A stretch of DNA of 64,000 bases from an uncultured Pseudomonadota bacterium (GCA_949295935.1 CASFMW010000002.1:290-64289), one strand, 5' to 3'. Shown: positions 21,173 to 32,143, counted from the stretch's first letter. The notes: generated by a model from the letters alone, not told the origin. Made by a program: numbers and translations.

Positions 21173-22474
21173 ATGATAAGCTCATGGAAGACACTTTATA
21201 AGCAAGTAAGTCTCGCACTGGTTGGTGCGATGTTTTTTGTTGCCGGCACCACCACAGCCAAAGCCGATGTCTCATCAATTATGATAAATGCCGAAACTGG
21301 TGAAGTTTTATCGGCTCAACGTGCAGACAAATTAAGATACCCTGCTTCGTTAACAAAATTGATGACCTTATACATTGCCTTCGATGCGCTTGAAAGAGGA
21401 ATCATAAAAATGGATGACGAGCTTCCCGTCTCCAGAAAAGCGGCCAACCGCTCTCCTTCCCGTCTGGGCTTAAAACCGGGCAGCAAAATCAGCGTAAGAA
21501 AAATCATTGAAGCCTTGATTGTAAAATCAGCCAACGACTGTGCCACTGTTTTAGCAGAAGGTCTTGGATATTCAGAAGAAAACTTTGCTAAAACCATGAC
21601 CCTTGTTGCCAAAGAACTCGGCATGAAAAATACAACATTCAAAAATGCCTCAGGACTTCCCAACCGCCAACAAAAAACAACCGCTCGTGATATGGCCATG
21701 CTGGCAGCCGCCATGTATCACCACTTTCCGCAATACTATGACCTTTTTTCTCTAAGAAAATTTTCTTATCAAGGCAAAACTTATTATACTCATAATCATA
21801 TTTTGAAAAATTTTGAAGGCGCAGATGGCATGAAAACCGGTTTTACAAATGCTGCCGGCTTTAACATTGTCACCTCAGCCCAAAGAAACGGACAAAGAGT
21901 AATCGCAGTCACCATGGGGCATAACACCATCAAATCCAGAGATAAAAAAGTTGCTCAAATGATGGATCAAGGCCTGACCAAACTTGCTTTAAACAGCAAG
22001 ATGAAAGACGCCAACCTCTATGCTGAAATCTTAAAAGAAGAAAACAAGCCGAACGACATCGAAAAACAGCTTGCAGATAACAGCATTTCAACAACAGACA
22101 ATACGGAAGAAGAAGAAAACGCTAATCCTCAAATTGAACAAGGCAGTGCCGATACGGAACAAACCATTGCAGCCATAGAAAAAGAACTAGAAGCCACAGC
22201 AAGCTGGGACATCCAGGTCGGCGCCTTCTCAAACTACGCTAAAGCGCGTCAATATGCACAAAAAATTCAAAACAAACAATTCAAAAACTGTAATGATTGT
22301 GAGATAAAAGTTGAGGCCGCCGAAAGCGCTTCCGCCATTGTCTACAGAGCCAAAATCGTTGGATTCGAAAAAAATGATGCTGATAAAGCATGTAAGCGTT
22401 TGAAAAACGCGAGCATATCTTGTATAGTTGTTAAGAACGATTCGGAAACAACTGTAACTATGGCATCAAGGTAA
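21173..22474 (+). CDS. D-alanyl-D-alanine carboxypeptidase (PBP5/6-type, S11) with a C-terminal SPOR domain
   Basis: 433 aa with a signal peptide. SxxK 'PASLTKLMT', 'SANDCA' (SxN) and 'KTGFT' (KTG). The C-terminal SPOR-like region reads 'WDIQVGAFSNYAKARQYAQ...VYRAKIVGFEKNDADKACKRLK'. Confidence 0.88.
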   Translation: MISSWKTLYKQVSLALVGAMFFVAGTTTAKADVSSIMINAETGEVLSAQRADKLRYPASLTKLMTLYIAFDALERGIIKMDDELPVSRKAANRSPSRLGLKPGSKISVRKIIEALIVKSANDCATVLAEGLGYSEENFAKTMTLVAKELGMKNTTFKNASGLPNRQQKTTARDMAMLAAAMYHHFPQYYDLFSLRKFSYQGKTYYTHNHILKNFEGADGMKTGFTNAAGFNIVTSAQRNGQRVIAVTMGHNTIKSRDKKVAQMMDQGLTKLALNSKMKDANLYAEILKEENKPNDIEKQLADNSISTTDNTEEEENANPQIEQGSADTEQTIAAIEKELEATASWDIQVGAFSNYAKARQYAQKIQNKQFKNCNDCEIKVEAAESASAIVYRAKIVGFEKNDADKACKRLKNASISCIVVKNDSETTVTMASR

Positions 22475-23286
22475 TGACACTAAAAACCCCCACCCACAAA
22501 GGGCATGTAATCGTCGTCAGCAACGAAAAAGGCGGCACCGGAAAATCAACAATCTCCATGCATCTGGCAATCACACTTCTGCAAGAAGGCTATAGTGTTG
22601 CTACTGTTGATTTAGATGGACGCCAAGGTACACTAAGCAAATATATTGAAAACCGCAAAAAATATTGCCGAACCAAAAACATTGACCTGCCGACACCGGC
22701 CTCTTTCACTTATGCTCCGCAGGAAGACCTGAGCCTACTCAATGCCAGCAAAGAAAATATTAACAATCGCATAGAAGAATTAAGCCGCGAATACGATGCT
22801 GTTATTATAGACACCCCCGGCACCAAAAATTATCTGTTTGAAGAAGCTCATAAACATGCAGATACACTCATAACACCAATGAGCGACAGCCTAATCGATC
22901 TAAACGTTATGGCAGACATTGATTTTGCCTCCTCTACCATTGGCAAACCCGGCCATTACGCAAACTTCATCTGGGAAGTTAAAAAGAAAATGGCAATCGA
23001 AAATCGTGGCTACCTAAACTGGATTGTTGTTGGCAATAAGACCTCAACTTATAATTCTAAAAACAAAAATCTTGTTTTTGAATACCTCGAAAAACTTGGA
23101 AAACTTTTCGGCTTCCGCTTCACCCCCGGATTAAAAGATCGTATTATTTATAAAGAACTCTTTTTAATGGGGCTAACGGTTTTGGATATGCAACACCCCA
23201 AACTTCAGATGAAAATGACTATGTCGCATCTGGCAGCCAAAAGAGAAGTCAAATCCATCGCCGAATTTATCTGTCCGGAAGAATAA
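22474..23286 (+). CDS. mipZ: ParA-like division-plane positioning ATPase MipZ
   Basis: 270 aa. The deviant Walker A 'NEKGGTGKST' and 'VDLDGRQGTLSKYIENR' are typical of alphaproteobacterial MipZ. The start overlaps the upstream stop (TAATG). Confidence 0.82.
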   Translation: MTLKTPTHKGHVIVVSNEKGGTGKSTISMHLAITLLQEGYSVATVDLDGRQGTLSKYIENRKKYCRTKNIDLPTPASFTYAPQEDLSLLNASKENINNRIEELSREYDAVIIDTPGTKNYLFEEAHKHADTLITPMSDSLIDLNVMADIDFASSTIGKPGHYANFIWEVKKKMAIENRGYLNWIVVGNKTSTYNSKNKNLVFEYLEKLGKLFGFRFTPGLKDRIIYKELFLMGLTVLDMQHPKLQMKMTMSHLAAKREVKSIAEFICPEE

Positions 23287-23304
23287 TATCATAAAGGAAA
23301 AATA

Positions 23305-23841
23305 ATGAAAGAATTAAGCTTTTTAATGTTTATGGTCGGCTTGTTTTTTGGCCTGACCGTTTTATGCCGCCGTATAACCAACCCCAACCATCCGGACAGA
23401 GCAGCATTTTTCATTCCCTCACGCATGATGTTTAACTTGCTCTGGGGCAGTATTTTTTATATCGGCTACGGCATTCTGATGTTTCCGGATTTTTGGCTCC
23501 GCCTCTGCCTCAGCTTATTGGCTGCAATTTTACTCGGCTACACATTGATAATGAACAACTTAAAGAAAAAATTATTATCCACTGACGCTAATATTTCACA
23601 AAGAGCTAAAAAAATTTTTGACCACGCTATCGAAAAACAAAAATTGCTCGATAAAAATACCAAAAATTATTCTCGGCGCAAAGCTGCAAAAATATTAGGA
23701 CTTGCCGCTTATGATTTGGAAACACATGAGCTGATTAACAAAAGATTGACCTCTCTGGAAAATGCAAAAAAACACGGGCAAATCAGTAACGATTATCTGA
23801 ACGAAATCATAAAGCACACCAAGCAAGCGCTGCAAAATTAA
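23305..23841 (+). CDS. Hypothetical membrane protein
   Basis: 178 aa with about three predicted TM segments. The soluble C-terminus 'KAAKILGLAAYDLETHELINKRL' is faintly J-domain-like but has no HPD motif. Confidence 0.5.
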   Translation: MKELSFLMFMVGLFFGLTVLCRRITNPNHPDRAAFFIPSRMMFNLLWGSIFYIGYGILMFPDFWLRLCLSLLAAILLGYTLIMNNLKKKLLSTDANISQRAKKIFDHAIEKQKLLDKNTKNYSRRKAAKILGLAAYDLETHELINKRLTSLENAKKHGQISNDYLNEIIKHTKQALQN

Positions 23842-23937
23842 GTAACAGTCAATAAAACAAACTTTTATCTTGTTTTTCGGCCGCAAACTGCTAACTTATA
23901 AAAAATAAATATCGAGAAAGATAAAAGGAGTCCCGAG

Positions 23938-25557
23938 ATGATAAACATTGTCAAAACCCAGCCTTATTCTGATCAAAAAATGGGCACCGGCGGCTTACGC
24001 AAAAAGACTAAAGTCATGATGCAGCCCAACTATTTTGAAAACTTTATCCAAAGTGTGTTCAACGCCATCGGCGGAGTAAAAGGCAAGACCTATGTTGTCG
24101 GCGGTGACGGCAGATTTTTCAATGCCGAAGCGATCCAAAGATTCATTAAAATGGCAGCCGCTAACGGCGTAAAAAAATTAATCATCGGGCAAAACGGCTT
24201 CATGTCAACACCGGCAGGCTCTAATGTTATGCTAAAAAATCACACCGACGGTGGCTTCATCTTTTCGGCTTCGCATAACCCCGGAGGCGAAAACGGCGAC
24301 TTTGGTGTAAAATATGCCAACGAAACAGCCGGACAAGTCCCTACCGCTGTCACAGATAGAATATTCGAAGAATCAAAAAAAATCAGCGAATATAAAATCT
24401 GCGATTCTAAAGACATTGATTTAAAAAATTTAGGATTGCAAAAACTTGAAGACATGGAAATTGAAGTAATAGACCCTGTTGCAGATTATGTTGAAATGAT
24501 GCAAAGGATTTTTGACTTTGATGCTCTAAAACAATTATTCAAAAGCGGCTTTACGATTCGCTTTGATGCAATGAACGCCGTTACCGGCCCCTATGCGATT
24601 CGTATTTTTGAAGAAATTTTAGGCGCAGCCAAAGGCTCGGTTATCCGCGCCACCCCACTTCCTGATTTTGGTGGCCTTCACCCTGACCCGAACCTAATTT
24701 ATGCCAAAGATTTGGTTGACTTTATGTATTCGGATAAAGCCACCGATTTTGCCGCTGCAAATGATGGCGACGGCGACCGTAATATGATATTGGGACGCAA
24801 GTTTTTTGTAACACCGAGCGATAGTCTGGCAATTTTAACCGATAATTGCAAACTCATCCCTGCTTACAAAAACGGAATATACGGCGTTGCAAAGTCAGCA
24901 GCCACCTCAACGGCTGTCTGCCGCGTTGCCGAAAAGAACAACATTCCTTATTATGTTGTTCCGACCGGTTGGAAATACTTTGTAAACCTGATGGATTCTA
25001 ACAGAATTACACTTTGCGGAGAAGAAAGCTTCGGTACCGGCTCCTCCCACATCCGAGAAAAAGACGGCATTTGGGCGATCCTGTTTTGGTTAAGCATCAT
25101 TGCCAAGACAGGAAAAACCGTTGAAGAGATCACACGTGAAAACTGGAAAAAATACGGCCGCAGCTATTATATGCGTTTTGACTACGAAGGACTTGACACC
25201 ACAGTTGCCGACAAGTTAATGGCCGACTTAGAAGCCAAACTTCCGTCACTCAAAGGCAAAAAATTTGGCAGTTACGAAGTCAAAGAAGCCGCACCTTTCG
25301 TATACAATGATCCAGTTGATGGCTCCGTCACCAAAAACGGTTTGGTAATTGATTTCACCAATCAGGCCAAAATCACTTACCGCCTATCAGGCACTGGCTC
25401 CAGCGGCGCAACCTTACGCGTTTATCTGGAACTGCCAGAATACAACGACTTTGACCAAGATACATTAGAGACATTGCAGCCTCTTCTGAAAATTGCGTCA
25501 GACGTTGCAGAAATTCAACAAAGAACAGGTAAGACCAAAGCGGATGTTAATACCTAA
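23938..25557 (+). CDS. pgm: Phosphoglucomutase (alpha-D-glucose phosphate-specific)
   Basis: 539 aa. Active-site loop 'FSASHNPGG', Mg site 'NDGDGDRN' and sugar-binding 'CGEESFG'. Confidence 0.93.
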   Translation: MINIVKTQPYSDQKMGTGGLRKKTKVMMQPNYFENFIQSVFNAIGGVKGKTYVVGGDGRFFNAEAIQRFIKMAAANGVKKLIIGQNGFMSTPAGSNVMLKNHTDGGFIFSASHNPGGENGDFGVKYANETAGQVPTAVTDRIFEESKKISEYKICDSKDIDLKNLGLQKLEDMEIEVIDPVADYVEMMQRIFDFDALKQLFKSGFTIRFDAMNAVTGPYAIRIFEEILGAAKGSVIRATPLPDFGGLHPDPNLIYAKDLVDFMYSDKATDFAAANDGDGDRNMILGRKFFVTPSDSLAILTDNCKLIPAYKNGIYGVAKSAATSTAVCRVAEKNNIPYYVVPTGWKYFVNLMDSNRITLCGEESFGTGSSHIREKDGIWAILFWLSIIAKTGKTVEEITRENWKKYGRSYYMRFDYEGLDTTVADKLMADLEAKLPSLKGKKFGSYEVKEAAPFVYNDPVDGSVTKNGLVIDFTNQAKITYRLSGTGSSGATLRVYLELPEYNDFDQDTLETLQPLLKIASDVAEIQQRTGKTKADVNT

Positions 25558-26659
25558 AATACTATATGGCGTTTTACTTGGGCTGTTCATTTCCGTACCG
25601 GCAAGTCAATCACTTGCCGGACTATACGGTTTTACGGAAGGAACGCCACTCTCGCCTGACGAAAAAATCTTAAATATGCCCTCCCCTCCGGCAAATATTC
25701 CAAATTATCGCAGTTTAATGCGTGATAATATCGAAATGCTGATTGGCTATGCTCAGGCCAGAAAACCAGATTTTCAAATCATTCTTCACGAAGGCGTCGA
25801 CATTTTATATAAAGGCTTGTGGGAATACCATTTAAGCGGTTATCAAAACGCCCGCGGAAATGGTGACGATAAATCCGATCCCAGCTTTTTAAGCGGTAAA
25901 GATTTAACACTGCCCAAAGAATATCAATTAGACAGCCATTTGGACAACCCGTTTTTCAAAAAAATAAATGCCATAATTTTTAACGACTTATATTGCTCTC
26001 CGCGAAAATTAGATAAAGACCTATTAAAAACAAACATACGCCTCGGAGCAATCAGCCACTGCCCTTCTATAGAGGCTTATGACCAAGCCGCCGCTCTTTC
26101 AGTAAAAGAAAATCTGTTATTTTACGGATTTTTGAATTTATCAACTGCCTTTGGCTATATTGCCAACCAACCGATAATCAACGAAAATGCACGCAATATT
26201 TTCAACGTAAAAGATGCATCGAATATATCTTTCTTATTAGATAACAGACGTTACAAAAACAGAGACGAACTTATCAGTGACGTACGCAAATCAAACTATG
26301 ATATTGTTGTTATTGATCCGATTTTTCATGACGGCAGCATTTTCACCCAAGAAGAAGTTGATCTAATGAAATTCAAAAAAAGCGGTCCTAAACGACTCAT
26401 AATTGCCCGACAAAACATTACCGAAGCCTTCACCAAAGACTACTATTGGCAAGATGACTGGAACAAACATCTTCCCTCTTGGATAAAAAGAGCTTCTTTA
26501 AGCAGCAAAAACGGCTTCATCACCGAATACTGGCAAGAAGAATGGAAAAAGATTATATCACAATATTTCCGTGGTATTGTATTAAGCCGTTATGATGGTG
26601 TTTTCCTAACCGGCATAAACAACCACCAATATTTTGAATCATTAACCCCGCTGGAGTAA
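25544..26659 (+). CDS. Secreted TIM-barrel glycoside-hydrolase-like protein (GH114 / TM1410 / COG2342-like)
   Basis: The ORF is open from 25493, but the Met at 25544 gives a signal peptide (MLIPKILYGVLLGLFISVPASQSLA). 'IIARQNITEAFTKDYYWQDDW' and 'YDGVFLTG' resemble GH114-like motifs (siGeaE..r.YW / GfDGvfLD). Match made by eye only. Confidence 0.5.
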   Translation: MLIPKILYGVLLGLFISVPASQSLAGLYGFTEGTPLSPDEKILNMPSPPANIPNYRSLMRDNIEMLIGYAQARKPDFQIILHEGVDILYKGLWEYHLSGYQNARGNGDDKSDPSFLSGKDLTLPKEYQLDSHLDNPFFKKINAIIFNDLYCSPRKLDKDLLKTNIRLGAISHCPSIEAYDQAAALSVKENLLFYGFLNLSTAFGYIANQPIINENARNIFNVKDASNISFLLDNRRYKNRDELISDVRKSNYDIVVIDPIFHDGSIFTQEEVDLMKFKKSGPKRLIIARQNITEAFTKDYYWQDDWNKHLPSWIKRASLSSKNGFITEYWQEEWKKIISQYFRGIVLSRYDGVFLTGINNHQYFESLTPLE

Positions 26660-26663
26660 AAGC

Positions 26664-26930
26664 ATGAACGAAGTAGAAATATTAGACATCTCTCGTGAGG
26701 CCGTATTTACCTTGCTTAAGGTCGTAACACCGGTCCTTCTGGTTGCTTTGTTTGTGGGTTTAATTATTGGTATTTTTCAGGCCTTGACACAAATCCAAGA
26801 AATGACTTTGGCTTTTGTACCTAAAATAATCTGCGTATTTTTAACAATCATTCTCCTCTTTCCGTTTATGGTAAACCAAATGAGAATGTTATCAGAAACC
26901 CTGTTTGATAAAATAACCAGTGGCGGTTAA
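26664..26930 (+). CDS. fliQ: Flagellar type III export apparatus protein FliQ
   Basis: 88 aa with two TM segments. 'LLVALFVGLIIGIFQALTQIQEMTLAFVPKI' is the FliQ/SctS signature. Confidence 0.92.
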   Translation: MNEVEILDISREAVFTLLKVVTPVLLVALFVGLIIGIFQALTQIQEMTLAFVPKIICVFLTIILLFPFMVNQMRMLSETLFDKITSGG

Positions 26931-26940
26931 AGAAAAATAA

Positions 26941-27696
26941 ATGCAGCAGCTTTTACACATAGAAGTCTATAAATACCTGCTGATATTTCTGCGTATCGGC
27001 TCGGCTATTATGCTCATGCCGGGCTTTATGACGACCTATATCAACATGAGATATCGCCTAAGCATTGCTCTAGGGATAAGTGTTGTGCTGTATCCATTTT
27101 TAGCTGATATTCTGCCGCCGCCGCCAACAGATTACCTTGACCATGTCAAAATGTATATGCTTGAAATCACTTACGGTGTTTTCTTTGGGTTAATGATGCA
27201 AGTCACTTTCACCGCCTTGAGTCTGGCAGGCAATTTTGCCGGTACGGCAATCGGCTTTTCAAACGCTCAACTCTTTGACCCCAGCACACAAACCCAATCC
27301 ATCGTACTGGAAAGCTTTTTCAGCATAACCGCACTGACAGTAATATTTGTAACAGACTTGCACCACACAATGCTGTCAGCCGTTATATCCAGTTATGAAC
27401 TGTTTCCGGCCGGCTCATCTCTACCCGACGGAGACATGGCCAACTACATGGGCCAAGCGCTTGGAGAAAGCTTTGCCACGGGCTTCCGCTTAGCCTCTCC
27501 ATTTATTGCTTTCACAATAATATTTTACTCCGGCATGGGATTAATATCACGATTAATGCCACAACTAAACATTTTCTTTTTATCATTGCCCTTGCAATTA
27601 TATTTAGGCATCGGCTTGTTGTTTATCACCCTTCCGGCCATAATATTCTGGTTTGTGGAATATTATGAGCGAAGCCTTATGGCCTTTCAAAATTAG
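26941..27696 (+). CDS. fliR: Flagellar type III export apparatus protein FliR
   Basis: 251 aa, polytopic, between fliQ and flhB. 'FLRIGSAIMLMPGF' is a typical FliR N-terminus. Confidence 0.9.
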   Translation: MQQLLHIEVYKYLLIFLRIGSAIMLMPGFMTTYINMRYRLSIALGISVVLYPFLADILPPPPTDYLDHVKMYMLEITYGVFFGLMMQVTFTALSLAGNFAGTAIGFSNAQLFDPSTQTQSIVLESFFSITALTVIFVTDLHHTMLSAVISSYELFPAGSSLPDGDMANYMGQALGESFATGFRLASPFIAFTIIFYSGMGLISRLMPQLNIFFLSLPLQLYLGIGLLFITLPAIIFWFVEYYERSLMAFQN

Positions 27697-27705
27697 GAGC
27701 GTTTC

Positions 27706-28782
27706 ATGGTAGCCGAAGACGAAGATGAAGCCTCCAAGACGGAAGAACCGTCGGAACGAAAAATCAGCAAAGCCAAAGAAGAAGGCGACATTGCCATTTC
27801 GCAAGACGCCAAAAGCTTTATCATGCTAACCGGTATGCTGTTTGTCGTATGGCTAATAATCCCGCTCATGGGCAAAATGTTCTATGACTACTTTGGCAAA
27901 TTCATCTTGGTACCGGAAACCATTCCTACCGATTCGCGCCATTTAAGACTGCTTTTTTTCAACTGTTTTGTAGATTTAATAAAGATATTGGGAATACCTC
28001 TGGCAATTTTTATGGTTTTAGGCATAGCCGCCAGCTTGATGCAAACCGGTTTCATTTATGCTCCAAAAAAATTAATGCCTGATTGGAATAGACTAAACAT
28101 TTTTGCAGCTTTGACTAAATTCATTAATATGAAAAAGATTGTCGAAAGCTTAAAAGGTATTATTAAAATAACCATCATCAGCTGGATAGCTGTTGTTGTC
28201 TTAACACCTTATTTGAGCAAAAGCGAACTCATGCCTGACATGGCAACGCAAAATATCTTAAAATTAATTCACCATATTGTAATATTACTGATATTCACAG
28301 TCGTCATCGCCGTATTGGTTATCGCAGTCGCCGACTATGCCTACCAAAAATACACTCATTTGAAAAAACTGCGCATGACCAAACAAGAGGTCAAAGAAGA
28401 ATACAAACAAACCGAAGGTGATCCTTTGGTAAAATCGCGTATCAGACAAATACGTAACGAAAGAGCCCGCCGCCGCATGATGGACAATGTTCCCAAAGCA
28501 GATGTTGTCATCGTCAACCCGACGCATTATGCCGTTGCTCTTGAATATAAAATGGAAAAAATGGATGCACCTGTTGTTGTTGCCAAAGGTCTTGACAACA
28601 TAGCATTAAGAATTCGTGAGATTGCAGAAGAACACGATATTCCGATTGTCGAAAATCCACCTTTAGCAAGAGCACTTTTCGCATCTGTTGAATTAGATCA
28701 CACCATACCGGAAGAACATTTTAAAGCCGTAGCCGAGGTAATAGGATATGTTATGCAGCTTAAAAACCAAACGACCCGATAA
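27706..28782 (+). CDS. flhB: Flagellar type III export switch protein FlhB
   Basis: 358 aa. 'KTEEPSERKISKAKEEGDIAISQD', 'MTKQEVKEEYKQTEGDPLVKSRIRQ', and the autocleavage site 'NPTHYAVAL'. Confidence 0.93.
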   Translation: MVAEDEDEASKTEEPSERKISKAKEEGDIAISQDAKSFIMLTGMLFVVWLIIPLMGKMFYDYFGKFILVPETIPTDSRHLRLLFFNCFVDLIKILGIPLAIFMVLGIAASLMQTGFIYAPKKLMPDWNRLNIFAALTKFINMKKIVESLKGIIKITIISWIAVVVLTPYLSKSELMPDMATQNILKLIHHIVILLIFTVVIAVLVIAVADYAYQKYTHLKKLRMTKQEVKEEYKQTEGDPLVKSRIRQIRNERARRRMMDNVPKADVVIVNPTHYAVALEYKMEKMDAPVVVAKGLDNIALRIREIAEEHDIPIVENPPLARALFASVELDHTIPEEHFKAVAEVIGYVMQLKNQTTR

Positions 28783-31402
28783 ATATCTTGAAAAGCGCCT
28801 GCTTTTCTTGTCATACGCTCTTGTCGGACTAATGACCACCGTGATAATGTTCATGCTTTATCCGCAATACTCGGTATATTTATTGCTGTTAACATTGTTT
28901 ATCAGCTCTTTCTGCCTATGGTCAACCATAAAAACTTTACAAGCCGGAGAAGAAGCCATCAGCTACGGCGGCTTTGCCAATGAGCTGTTAAAAGAAGAAC
29001 ATCAAGGCGAAAGAATTGACAATTCTTCCGGAGAGGCCGTTTTAGAAAACGATTACGCCCGAGACTTTTTTAAAGGAGAAACAGTGCTAAACACACTGCG
29101 CCGCCGCATGAGTGAAAACCGCCAAAACAAAACGGCTTGCGAATTGCTTGAAAGAGCCCTTGAAAATTTAAGCAAAGAAAAAGTAAACATCGCACTTTAC
29201 AGAAACGACGGCAACGCCAGAGGCTATGTTCCTGAAGAATGGTACGAAATCACTCTCCGCCCGATGTATCTGAAAAAAACAGATATATTCTCCGGCGCTT
29301 ATTCCATAAAAAAAATAAAAAAAGATACCTACTTTTATTGGACAATAAAAGATATCACAGCACAAAAAAACATGGAGCAAATCTTTCAAAGTGAAAGCCG
29401 GGGGCTGCACGATTTTCTGGACTACTTGCCTGCCGGATTATATATATGCAATAAAGATTATAAAATAGAATACGTCAATCATGCATTGGCCAAACTTCTG
29501 CAAAGCAGCCGCGAAGATTTAACCGGAAAAAATCTGAAAGACTATTTAGCCACCAACTCCCCTCTTCCTCCTGCCCACACGGCGTCTTGGCAAGGCAACC
29601 TCTACCTTCTGAGCGGAAACGAGGTAAAAGAATGCTATGCCGCCCAAGAAAACTTCCGCGAAAACTCTGAAATAAAGACCAGAGGTGTCATTATAAACGG
29701 GCTCATCAGCAGCAAAGAATTGAGCGAACAACATAAAGAAGACGTTGACCGCATCAGCTGGTTGTTTGACTTTGCACCGATAAGTATCATTCATTGCAAT
29801 AAAGAAGGAACAATAATAGAGCTCAATGATGCTTCATCAAAATTTTTAGGACAAGACAGCGCAAAACTTAATGGCAAAAACATTTTAGAGATTATAAAAG
29901 ACGAAGAAAAAGAAAGCCTGAGAGAAGAACTGAGCAAACTCCAGAGCAAAGAAAAATCATCTTCATGCATTGATGTTCACCTAAACATCACCCGTGACGA
30001 AAAAGTTGCCACTTTTTACATTTCTCCGATTCGCGGCCTTCATGAGGGACCTGAAGCAGAACCTTGCGGTTTCAGCATATACTTTTTAGACGCAACCTCC
30101 AGAAAAAATCTTGAGCTCCAATATGCCCAAGCCCAAAAGATGCAAGCTTTGGGACAAATGGCCGGCGGCGTTGCCCATGACTTTAACAACCTCTTGACCG
30201 CAATGATAGGATTTTGCGACTTGCTCATGCAGCGTCATGGCGTCGGAGACCCATCATTCAGTGATATTATACAAATCAAAAACAACGCCAACCGCGCAGC
30301 CGGATTAGTCCGACAGCTTTTAGCTTTTTCGCGCAAACAACCCTTAAAACCAAAACTGATTGACGTAACCGAAAACTTTGTTGAACTAAATCACATGCTC
30401 AAGCGAGTTATTGGAGAACAAGTCACTCTGAAATTTTATCATGGAAGCGACTTAGGCTATATAAGAGTTGACCCCGTACAGTTTTCTCAAGTTATAATCA
30501 ATTTAGCAGTCAATGCCAAAGATGCAATGAACAACCGCGGCACTTTAACCATCTCCACCCATACGGAAACCTTGCTGGAGCCCTACCAATTCGGAGCAGA
30601 CACAATCGCTCCCGGAGACTTTGTCGTTATTGAGGTTAAAGACACCGGCTGCGGTATTCCGATAGAAAATCTGAGCCGTATTTTTGAACCATTCTTCTCA
30701 ACCAAGCAAAATGTTGTTGGCTCCGGAACCGGACTGGGGCTGGCAATGGTTTATGGTATTGTACGCCAAACCGAAGGCTTTATAAAAGTTCAAAGCATCA
30801 TCGGCAAGGGAACAACTTTTTCAATATATCTTCCTCGCTTTGAAAATAATGAAGAAGAAACCAAGACCATTCAGAACGAAACCAAAGAGATAATAAAAGC
30901 CAGCAACGGCTCTCCGATTCTTACTGTTCAAGAAAAAATTGTCCCAACACAAGGCTCAAATGCAAAATTGATTTTTGGGCTAAATGTTTCCGCAATTGAC
31001 CGCAACCACGAAAACAGCCTTTCCGAAAACGAAAATATAAGAATACTTTTTGTTGAAGACGAAGATTCTGTTCGTACTTTTGCCGTCCGAGCACTAAAGA
31101 AAAAAGGCTATGAAGTAATCGGCTGCAATTCGGCAGAAAACGCACTTGACTTTATCAAAGATGACAAAGATTTTCAAATGATGATAACAGATATGGTTAT
31201 GCCGGGAATGAACGGCGCCGAGCTTGCAAAAACAGTCAAAGAGCAGATTCCCAACATAAAAATAATCTTAGCCTCAGGCTATTCAGAAGAAATCGCCCGC
31301 AGAGAGCTTGCTGGCTCAGACGAATTTGCCTTTATCGCCAAACCATTCAGCTTAGGAGACTTGACTAAAAAAGTATTTGATGTCTTAAATAGTAAAGACT
31401 AA
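28748..31402 (+). CDS. Hybrid sensor histidine kinase/response regulator, CckA-like (2 TM, PAS, HisKA, HATPase, REC)
   Basis: 884 aa. H-box '[19 protein letters not shown]' (CckA-type), N/G boxes '[10 protein letters not shown]' and 'DTGCGI...[11 protein letters not shown]', and a C-terminal receiver '[11 protein letters not shown]...[12 protein letters not shown]'. It overlaps the flhB 3' end by 35 nt, so the start is uncertain. Confidence 0.85.
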   Translation: MLCSLKTKRPDKYLEKRLLFLSYALVGLMTTVIMFMLYPQYSVYLLLLTLFISSFCLWSTIKTLQAGEEAISYGGFANELLKEEHQGERIDNSSGEAVLENDYARDFFKGETVLNTLRRRMSENRQNKTACELLERALENLSKEKVNIALYRNDGNARGYVPEEWYEITLRPMYLKKTDIFSGAYSIKKIKKDTYFYWTIKDITAQKNMEQIFQSESRGLHDFLDYLPAGLYICNKDYKIEYVNHALAKLLQSSREDLTGKNLKDYLATNSPLPPAHTASWQGNLYLLSGNEVKECYAAQENFRENSEIKTRGVIINGLISSKELSEQHKEDVDRISWLFDFAPISIIHCNKEGTIIELNDASSKFLGQDSAKLNGKNILEIIKDEEKESLREELSKLQSKEKSSSCIDVHLNITRDEKVATFYISPIRGLHEGPEAEPCGFSIYFLDATSRKNLELQYAQAQKMQALGQMAGGVAHDFNNLLTAMIGFCDLLMQRHGVGDPSFSDIIQIKNNANRAAGLVRQLLAFSRKQPLKPKLIDVTENFVELNHMLKRVIGEQVTLKFYHGSDLGYIRVDPVQFSQVIINLAVNAKDAMNNRGTLTISTHTETLLEPYQFGADTIAPGDFVVIEVKDTGCGIPIENLSRIFEPFFSTKQNVVGSGTGLGLAMVYGIVRQTEGFIKVQSIIGKGTTFSIYLPRFENNEEETKTIQNETKEIIKASNGSPILTVQEKIVPTQGSNAKLIFGLNVSAIDRNHENSLSENENIRILFVEDEDSVRTFAVRALKKKGYEVIGCNSAENALDFIKDDKDFQMMITDMVMPGMNGAELAKTVKEQIPNIKIILASGYSEEIARRELAGSDEFAFIAKPFSLGDLTKKVFDVLNSKD

Positions 31403-31426
31403 AACCCAAACAGGACATCAAACCAC

Positions 31427-32143
31427 ATGAGCACAACACAGCTTCCGTTGGAATTTTACCATCGCCCATATATGAGCAAAGACGACTTTATGCCAGCCGC
31501 CTGCAATTTTGAAGCATACCGGCTTATCGATTCGTGGCCGGTCTGGACTTATTTTGCGGCTTGTATATACGGACCTGAAGGCTGTGGCAAAACCCATTTG
31601 GCCAATATATTTTCAGAAAAAGTATCTATTATTGAACATTATCCATACAAGATTCCATACATCAAAGCCCAAGAATTAACCTTAGAGATGCCGCGACAGC
31701 TTCTGAGCAAACACTTCTGCCTGATAGTCGAAGACCTAAACAACAACATCAATCAAGAAGCGCTGTTTAATCTATATAACATATATCGTGATGAAGGCGG
31801 CTGTATTTTATTCACCAGCAACGAGGCCCCTGCCAGAATAAACTTCAGCTTACCGGACCTGCGTTCGCGAATGAATATTGTTCCAAGCATTGAAATTAAA
31901 GAACCTGATGATGACTTGCTGTCCGCTTTGTTGGTAAAATTATTCATGGACAGACAGATAACAATTACTCCGGATTTAATAAAATATATTCTAGCCAACA
32001 TGCAACGATCATTTTCCTACGCGCGAAAATTAGTAGCCGAGACAGATCGTGTCTCACTGGCAAACAAACGTGCCGTTAGCCTTCAGATTATAAAGGAAGC
32101 AATGAGCAATCTTGCGGACAAACGTCAAGGCGAACTTTTCTGA
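31427..32143 (+). CDS. hdaA: DnaA-related regulatory inactivator HdaA
   Basis: 238 aa. 'QLPLEF...DDFMPAACNFEAYRLIDSWPVW' followed by Walker A 'GPEGCGKTHLANIF'. This is the typical alphaproteobacterial Hda layout. Confidence 0.8.
   Translation: MSTTQLPLEFYHRPYMSKDDFMPAACNFEAYRLIDSWPVWTYFAACIYGPEGCGKTHLANIFSEKVSIIEHYPYKIPYIKAQELTLEMPRQLLSKHFCLIVEDLNNNINQEALFNLYNIYRDEGGCILFTSNEAPARINFSLPDLRSRMNIVPSIEIKEPDDDLLSALLVKLFMDRQITITPDLIKYILANMQRSFSYARKLVAETDRVSLANKRAVSLQIIKEAMSNLADKRQGELF

Noticed and set aside
23305-23841. The membrane protein downstream of mipZ as a DjlA-like J-domain co-chaperone
   Set aside because: The C-terminal helix pattern is only vaguely J-like, and the diagnostic HPD tripeptide is absent.
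25493-25543. The upstream ATG at 25493 as the start of the GH114-like gene
   Set aside because: It would overlap pgm by 65 nt and place 17 polar residues before the signal peptide. The Met at 25544 gives a canonical signal sequence.
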